NCBI GenBank assembly: GCA_031370785.1
Contig: JANMQY010000052.1
Location: forward strand, 1 to 22,359
Reading direction: 5' to 3'
DNA from: Candidatus Eiseniibacteriota bacterium
Lineage (GTDB): Bacteria > Eisenbacteria > RBG-16-71-46
Length of the DNA: 22,359 bases
In this document: positions 17,548 through 22,359 of the stretch, in pieces
Position numbering within the stretch: the first letter of the stretch is position 1
How the letters are laid out: the number at the start of each line of letters is the position of its first letter
Program-made: the position numbers and the translations under genes
The notes under the pieces: generated by a model
Databases searched by the model: none
Told to the model about the DNA's origin: nothing
What the model saw: only the letters and a program-made list of their open reading frames with translations

Positions 17548-18915
17548 TCAGCGGGACGACCGGCGCCGGTCGTTGAGCGCCGCCAGCACCGGGAGTTCGA
17601 TGGCGTCCTCTGCCTGACCGCTGGTGCGCACGGTCACGTCGAGGCCGTCGAGGAAGAAGGCGAGGCCGATGCCCACCACCAGGCTGAAGGCCGGAGCAAG
17701 CACGATCCGGATCCAGTCGCGCGTGGTCTTGGATACCGCCGAGCCCGCGGGGGCGAGCAGCACCACGTTGATGGTCGGGGTGACCTTTTCGGTCACCCTG
17801 GCCTTGTCACTGTCCTCGGAAAGCGTCCTGTACCGTTCCTTGAGCACTCCGATCTCGCGGTCCATCTGCTCGAGCGCGATCTCCTTGGCCGGCATGCCGG
17901 CGAGCTGCACGCGGTTGCCGGCCAGGTCGTGATCCACGACCGCGAGGCCCGCACGAAGCGACTGGATCTTCGCCTGGGCGAGGTCGACGCGCGAGTTCAC
18001 CTCGCGCTTGAGCATGTCCTGCAGCGTCCGGACGGTCTCCGTCGCATTGACCACCTCGGGAGAATCGTCGCGATAGCGCTCCCGGATCAGCGCGACTCGC
18101 GCCTGCTGATCGAGAAGCTTCTGTCTCAACACGAAGATCGAGCCCGCCACGTTTTCCACGCCGAGGGTCGGCAGGTCCGATTCGGGCTGGTCGCGCAACT
18201 GCTGCATCGCGTTCACCGTCGCCTCGCTCTGCGCGAGTTCCGTGGTCAGGTCGCTGCGTCGGCGCTCGAGCTGATTCTGGAGATCGAACAGCATTCGTGT
18301 CTGTTCGGGGACGCTTACCACTGCGTTCTTCAGGCCGAACTGGCGCCGGCGCTCGGTCCACATTTCCAAGTCGGCCTTGACCTTCGCGATCTCCCGATCG
18401 AAAAAGGCTTTCGGATAGTTGAGGGTCATGCTGTTCTGGCGGTAGTCGATGTAGGCGCGGGAGAAGGCGTCGCACACCTGCTGCGCCACCGCCGGGTCCC
18501 CGTCCTGATACGAGAGCGCGAGCACGTTGCTCTTGCCCTTCACTTCCGCATCCAGCTGGCGCGGGTTGACGCGAACCGGAGCGCCTTTCGCCTGCTCCTT
18601 GAGGAGCTCGCGCGTGCGCTCGATCACCGGATGGCTTTTCGCGACCTCGATCTCGCTGGCGAGGTCGGCTTCCCAGTCGTTCACCACACTGCGGTATCCG
18701 GTCAGCAGATTCTGCTGCTCGCCGCGCCGGATCAGCACGTGGGCAGTGGACGAGAAGACGGTCGGCGTGGTCAGCGCCACCGCGAGCACGGTGATGGTCG
18801 TCACCACGAAAATGCCGATGATCAGCCACTTGCGCCTGAAGATGACGCTGAGGAATTCGCGCGCGGTGGCCTGGCGCGCAACCGGAGCCAGTTCGTTCGA
18901 AGCGTTCTGATTCAT
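17548..18915 (-). CDS. Polysaccharide co-polymerase / chain-length determinant (Wzz/GumC/Wzc-N type), 455 aa
   Basis: Start re-called at ATG 18915 with GAGGA RBS. EFLSVIFRRKWLII + TM1, long coiled-coil periplasmic region, YRDDSPEV, TM2 GIGLAFFLDGLD, IELPVLA. No fused kinase. Confidence 0.9.
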   Translation of the reverse strand: MNQNASNELAPVARQATAREFLSVIFRRKWLIIGIFVVTTITVLAVALTTPTVFSSTAHVLIRRGEQQNLLTGYRSVVNDWEADLASEIEVAKSHPVIERTRELLKEQAKGAPVRVNPRQLDAEVKGKSNVLALSYQDGDPAVAQQVCDAFSRAYIDYRQNSMTLNYPKAFFDREIAKVKADLEMWTERRRQFGLKNAVVSVPEQTRMLFDLQNQLERRRSDLTTELAQSEATVNAMQQLRDQPESDLPTLGVENVAGSIFVLRQKLLDQQARVALIRERYRDDSPEVVNATETVRTLQDMLKREVNSRVDLAQAKIQSLRAGLAVVDHDLAGNRVQLAGMPAKEIALEQMDREIGVLKERYRTLSEDSDKARVTEKVTPTINVVLLAPAGSAVSKTTRDWIRIVLAPAFSLVVGIGLAFFLDGLDVTVRTSGQAEDAIELPVLAALNDRRRSSR

Positions 18916-18935
18916 GGCGCGTTCCTCAGGAAGGG

Positions 18936-19700
18936 TCAGCGACCGGGTACGAAGAACACCCGGTCGAGGTTGAAAAGCTCCCATCCCTGGAGCGCGAGTC
19001 CCGTGGCGTTCTGCAGGCCGCCAAAGAACTGGCGACTGAAGCTGTCGAGGTTTCCGACCGCGCCTCTCGGAACGTAGACGATGTCGAAACGCGAGAGCGG
19101 AAGGTCTCCGAGCAGTCCGCCGTTCTTGATGATGTCATCCACGCGCACGCGAGAGACCCGCACCGTGCGCGAACCGTTGCGGCTGAATACCAGTACGCCG
19201 TTCTTCGCCGCGCCGTCCCGGAATCCACCTGAGGCGGCGATGGCCTGCACCACGGTGATGAACGGGTCCGCCGGGACGCGTCCCGGATTGACGACGTCGC
19301 CGAGCACGTGCACCTGATTCGAAGCCAGCCGGGTGATCTCGACCGTGACGCGTGGCGCGCGAATGTCGCCGGACAGCAGCTGGACCAGCGCGACCTCCAG
19401 CTCGCGGGGCGAGCGACCGGCGGCGATCACGTCGCCGACCGGGAACACGCTGATGCGGCCGTCGGGCCGCACCACGATCTCGCGCAGGATGTCGCCATTG
19501 AGATCGGCGCGCGGACCGAAGTCCAGAGTGAGCACGTCTCCGGGAACGATGCGGTACTCGGGAACGCGGCTCCAGTCCATCGCCATGGAGTCCGAGGGCG
19601 CGGGCGGCGGAGCGGGTTGGCTCGCGGAACGCGCGAGCGGCACGATCGCGACCAGTGCGAGCGCGCACAGCAGTACGAAGCGTAGGGCGTTTCGGATCAC
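18936..19700 (-). CDS. wza: Polysaccharide biosynthesis/export protein (OPX, Wza family), 254 aa
   Basis: Start re-called at GTG 19700 with GGAGA RBS. Signal peptide, Poly_export motif EYRIVPGDVL..VRPDGRISVFPVGDVIAAG, SLBB VHVLGDVVNPG, DIVYVP followed by an amphipathic C-terminal segment. Confidence 0.9.
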   Translation of the reverse strand: MIRNALRFVLLCALALVAIVPLARSASQPAPPPAPSDSMAMDWSRVPEYRIVPGDVLTLDFGPRADLNGDILREIVVRPDGRISVFPVGDVIAAGRSPRELEVALVQLLSGDIRAPRVTVEITRLASNQVHVLGDVVNPGRVPADPFITVVQAIAASGGFRDGAAKNGVLVFSRNGSRTVRVSRVRVDDIIKNGGLLGDLPLSRFDIVYVPRGAVGNLDSFSRQFFGGLQNATGLALQGWELFNLDRVFFVPGR

Positions 19701-19952
19701 AGCAGTTCTCCCGAAGACGACGACAGGCCCCGGACTCCCGCGCACGGGAAACCGGGGCCTGCGTGAAGCCAGCCAGTCCCAGCGGGTTTTCCCGAGGCAG
19801 GGCGCTGGCGCCGGCCTCTGCCGGCACAGCAACCCGGAAACCGGGCCGGATCCCGTACGGATCGCAGCCCGAAGCAGTAACAAAAGACGTCTCGGGAGAC
19901 CTCCGCCCTGTTCATCAATGCTCGAGGCGCCGCAAACGGCGCCAAAACTGAG
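19701..19952 (-). promoter_or_regulatory. Long structured 5' leader of the export operon
   Basis: Lies between the predicted TSS (~19952) and wza GTG 19700. Hairpins at 19926-19943, ~19873-19922, 19849-19863, 19833-19845 and 19724-19761. Confidence 0.6.
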
Positions 19953-19958
19953 GGATGA

Positions 19959-19988
19959 AGTATAGGGAGGGGGTTCGACCCGTGTCAA
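19959..19988 (-). promoter_or_regulatory. Sigma70-type promoter for the wza operon
   Basis: Minus strand TTGACA (19988-19983), 18-nt spacer, TATACT (19964-19959): perfect -35 and 5/6 -10 in GC-rich intergenic DNA. Confidence 0.82.
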
Positions 19989-20021
19989 TCCTCGACTCCC
20001 GCACCTGGGCACGACCGGATG

Positions 20022-20047
20022 GAAACGCAAGGCCCGTGCCCGGGCCT
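20022..20047 (-). terminator. Putative intrinsic terminator after the DHS-like gene
   Basis: AGGCCCG-GGCA-CGGGCCT (7-bp stem, GNRA loop; 20047-20030) 6 nt after the stop at 20054, followed by an imperfect U-tract (UGCGUUU). Confidence 0.55.
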
Positions 20048-20053
20048 GAAGGG

Positions 20054-20995
20054 TCAGATCTCGCCGAGAATGGCCGCGGTCAGCAACGGAATGAGGATCT
20101 CGTGGTGCCCGGTCAGGGTGAGGCCGCGCGACCCTTCGCCCCGGGTGGGTCTTTCCACGACGTTGACCCTCGGGCGGTAATGCTGGATCTGGTCCAGGTT
20201 GACCGTAGTCAGCCGGTCGAGCCCGGCGCCCAGGTTGCGGGCGACGCTCAGCGCCTTGAGGAACACTTCGGGCATGATCACCGCGGAGCCCAGATTGAGC
20301 ACCACGGCCCCCGAGGCCTGCGCGAGGGTCGCCGCGAAGATGCGGAAGTCGCGCAGGGTGGTTTCGCCGAGAGCGGCGCCATCGCAGCGCGGGTGGTGGT
20401 GGATCGTGTCGGTGCCGATCGCGACGTGCACGGTGGCCGGAATGCCGACCCGCCACGCCGTGGCCAGAACGCTGACCTCGAGATGGGGCGCCTGGGCTTC
20501 GATCAGCGAGCGCCCCCACGCCTCCCCCAGCCCCTCGCCGCGTTTCGCGCCCTCGCTCATCGCAGCGTTCATGAAGTCGCCGGTCTCATCCACCATGCCG
20601 AAGGTACCGGTGTGCAGGTTGGCCTCGACGTCCTCCGAGGTGCGTCCGATCCGCGCGATCTCGACATCATGGATCGCGGCCGAGCCGTTCATGGCCACGT
20701 GCGTGATCACCCTGCGCTCGATCAGGGCGACGAGACAGGGCGAGACTCCGACCTTGATCACGTGTCCGCCGAGCATCGCCACGACCGGGCGGCCGGCACG
20801 GTGCGCGGCGGCGATCCGGGACACCACTTCACGCAGCGCCTTCGAACCGAGCTGATCGGGAAGCGAATCGAGCACGGCACGCGCGGCGGCCGGATCGAGC
20901 GGCTTCGCGAAATCCTCGATGCTGACGCGCGTGGCGCGTTCCGTGACCGAGCCGACCCGCAACCGCGAGAGATCCGCCTCGGGGTAGCGCGACAT
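20054..20995 (-). CDS. Deoxyhypusine-synthase-like conserved protein (GSU2086-type family), 313 aa
   Basis: MLGGHVIKVG, HVAMNGSAAIHD, SEDV..GTFGM..ETG, PATVHVAIGTD, NLGSAVIMPEVFLKA. Family recognised from memory. Confidence 0.7.
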   Translation of the reverse strand: MSRYPEADLSRLRVGSVTERATRVSIEDFAKPLDPAAARAVLDSLPDQLGSKALREVVSRIAAAHRAGRPVVAMLGGHVIKVGVSPCLVALIERRVITHVAMNGSAAIHDVEIARIGRTSEDVEANLHTGTFGMVDETGDFMNAAMSEGAKRGEGLGEAWGRSLIEAQAPHLEVSVLATAWRVGIPATVHVAIGTDTIHHHPRCDGAALGETTLRDFRIFAATLAQASGAVVLNLGSAVIMPEVFLKALSVARNLGAGLDRLTTVNLDQIQHYRPRVNVVERPTRGEGSRGLTLTGHHEILIPLLTAAILGEI

Positions 20996-21873
20996 CAGGA
21001 AGCGCCCGACTTCGCTTCCTGCAGCACGACGCTGATCGATCCGATCGCGACCTTGCTTCTCATCAGCACCGGCATGCGCCTCTCGTCGTCGGTAAGCCAG
21101 ATCACCAGACGTCCCTTGTTCTTGAAAATGCCGCCTGCCTTGAGCTGTGGCTCGATCACGACGCAGTCGAATGATCCCGCGGGAGTGCGCACGCGCTCGC
21201 GTCCCAGCACGCGGACCTCGAGTGGCTGGCTGCGTCGGCTCGCATGATAGTCGAAAATCACGCTGCCGCCGATGGGCAGCGCCTGGTAGCGGGTGTAGTA
21301 GAACGCCGACAGCGCGTCCTGCACGTGCGGCGGAATCGGGAACGACTGGCCATTGCTGTAGAACGCTTCGCCGTGATCCTGATCGAACACGATCTCGCTC
21401 TTGCCCTTGAATCCGCCTTCGTGGCGATCCTCGCGATAGCGCCAGCTGAAGCGCCCGTCGCGGTCCCAGACCGACTCGATGCGATTACGCACCTTGTAGG
21501 TCAGGCTGAAGAACGCGTTGGATTCGGCCCGCGCCACGAGGCGGAACGACGGGCGTCCCTTCCAGTCGCTGACCTCGGGCACCTCGAGATACGCGTTTCC
21601 CGCGTGGATGGGTCCGTACTGCACCGAGAACTTGAGCTTCTCGCCCTCGCGGAACGGTCGCTCGACCGCGGGCAACACCTCGTGCTCTCCCGGGGCGGGC
21701 GGTGCGACCGTGGAGGTGATGGCGCTGGTGTCGACCTCCGCGCTGTCCGGGTCGTCGGCGCCGGCGCCCGCAAAGCCGGGGGCGAGGAACCCCGCGAAGA
21801 GGAGCAGGATTCCCAGGGAGGTTCGCACTGGTCCACGGAAGCGCAGACCTCTAGAATGGCGACGGTTGCTCAT
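20995..21873 (-). CDS. DUF3108 domain exported protein
   Basis: Signal-like LGILLLFAGFLAPGFAGA, PFREGEKLKFSV, QDALSAFYY.R, ERVRTPAGSFDC, IWLTDDERRMPV, IGSI. Start ATG 21873 or GTG 21828. TGATG overlap with the next gene. Confidence 0.82.
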   Translation of the reverse strand: MSNRRHSRGLRFRGPVRTSLGILLLFAGFLAPGFAGAGADDPDSAEVDTSAITSTVAPPAPGEHEVLPAVERPFREGEKLKFSVQYGPIHAGNAYLEVPEVSDWKGRPSFRLVARAESNAFFSLTYKVRNRIESVWDRDGRFSWRYREDRHEGGFKGKSEIVFDQDHGEAFYSNGQSFPIPPHVQDALSAFYYTRYQALPIGGSVIFDYHASRRSQPLEVRVLGRERVRTPAGSFDCVVIEPQLKAGGIFKNKGRLVIWLTDDERRMPVLMRSKVAIGSISVVLQEAKSGAS

Positions 21874-21931
21874 GACTGCTGTAAGCACGCAAGTCCAGTG
21901 CCGCGTCTCACCGGCCCTCCATGAGGTCACT

Positions 21932-22359
21932 ATGTCGTCGAGACAATCGCCTGTCAAACCGGTGCTTGCGCCGTCGGACCGGCTCAACAACGTGGCCCCA
22001 TACGCGCTCGCCAAAGTGTTTCAGGATCGCGACGAAAAGATCCGGCAGGGCGTCGATGTGATCGATCTGGGGGTGGGCAACCCGGACATGCGCCCGCCTC
22101 AGCAAGCCATCGAAGCGCTCAAGGCGGCCCTCGACGACACCAGTGTGCAGAATCATCGCTACCCCTCTTTCAATGGTCTGCCCGAGTTCCGCGCGGGCGT
22201 CGCGCAGTGGTACCAGTCCCGCTTCGGCGTAACCGTCGACCCGAACGGTGAGGCGATGCCGCTGGTGGGTTCCAAGGAAGGAATCGCCAAGCTGCTGTTC
22301 GCTCACCTGAATCCGGGCGACACCGTCCTGATGTGCACCCCGTGCTATCCCGCATACCT
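21932..22359 (+). CDS. Class I/II PLP-dependent aminotransferase (DapL/AlaC/MtnE-like), 5' part only, runs off the window
   Basis: Not in the ORF track; translated manually: MSSRQSPVKPVLAPSDRLNNVAPYALAKV...DVIDLGVGNPD...HRYPSFNGLPEFR..VAQWYQSRFGV...GSKEGIA...NPGDTVL..PCYPAY. GAGGT RBS at 21923-21927. Confidence 0.92.
   Translation, partial: MSSRQSPVKPVLAPSDRLNNVAPYALAKVFQDRDEKIRQGVDVIDLGVGNPDMRPPQQAIEALKAALDDTSVQNHRYPSFNGLPEFRAGVAQWYQSRFGVTVDPNGEAMPLVGSKEGIAKLLFAHLNPGDTVLMCTPCYPAY

Noticed and set aside
19701..19952. RfaH ops/JUMPstart element in the wza leader
   Set aside because: No GGCGGTAG match; the closest is GGCGGAGG (~19907-19900), which is insufficient.
981..19965. Many long alternative-frame or antisense ORFs (e.g. 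3534..5360 +, 7725..9368 +, 9365..11710 -, 14424..16271 +, 17248..19077 +)
   Set aside because: Low-complexity Arg/Ala/Gly/Pro-rich translations with no motifs, overlapping well-supported genes. Expected shadow ORFs in high-GC DNA.
20005..20052. GGAAACGCAAGGCC...GGCCTGAAG superficially resembles a c-di-GMP-I riboswitch core
   Set aside because: It is on the strand opposite to the operon, lies upstream of the promoter, lacks the GCAAAC/GNRA P2 arm, and is better explained as the terminator hairpin of the DHS-like gene.
21852..21857. TAGAAT as promoter -10 for the terminal aminotransferase
   Set aside because: Plausible, but there is no supporting -35 and it may lie inside the DUF3108 coding start, so it was not called as a feature.
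1..22359. tRNA/rRNA genes, CRISPR arrays, IS elements, integrases, tandem repeats
   Set aside because: None seen. Intergenic gaps are short, and no repeat-spacer periodicity or transposase motifs were found by eye.

Overview
High-GC bacterial DNA, almost fully coding, occupied by a surface-polysaccharide/glycoconjugate biosynthesis locus. Block 1 (minus strand, 19700->10675) follows a near-consensus sigma70 promoter (TTGACA-N18-TATACT) and a ~250-nt hairpin-rich leader. It encodes an OPX/Wza export protein, a co-polymerase, a stand-alone CpsD/CapB-like protein with a degenerate P-loop (likely pseudokinase), a Pol-beta-type nucleotidyltransferase, a cytoplasmic alkaline-phosphatase-superfamily enzyme, a Wzx flippase, a DPM1-like GT2, a DUF2304 protein and a lysyl-PG-synthase-TM (flippase-like) protein. 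An ArnB/DegT-type aminotransferase on the plus strand separates it from block 2 (minus strand, 9329->1025): a second Wzx, an 875-aa GT-C/STT3-like membrane protein, an AsnB-type amidotransferase and two GT4s, converging on a SAM methyltransferase. The right end holds a DUF3108 protein coupled to a deoxyhypusine-synthase-like protein, plus the start of a class I/II PLP aminotransferase missing from the ORF track. Many ORF-track starts are over-extended; I re-called them from (A/G)TGA overlaps and RBSs. No RNA genes, CRISPR arrays or mobile elements were seen. The best novelty candidates are the NTase + phosphodiesterase pair, the OST-like protein lacking WWDYG, the pseudokinase and the structured leader. 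All family calls are by-eye motif recognition, not database searches.
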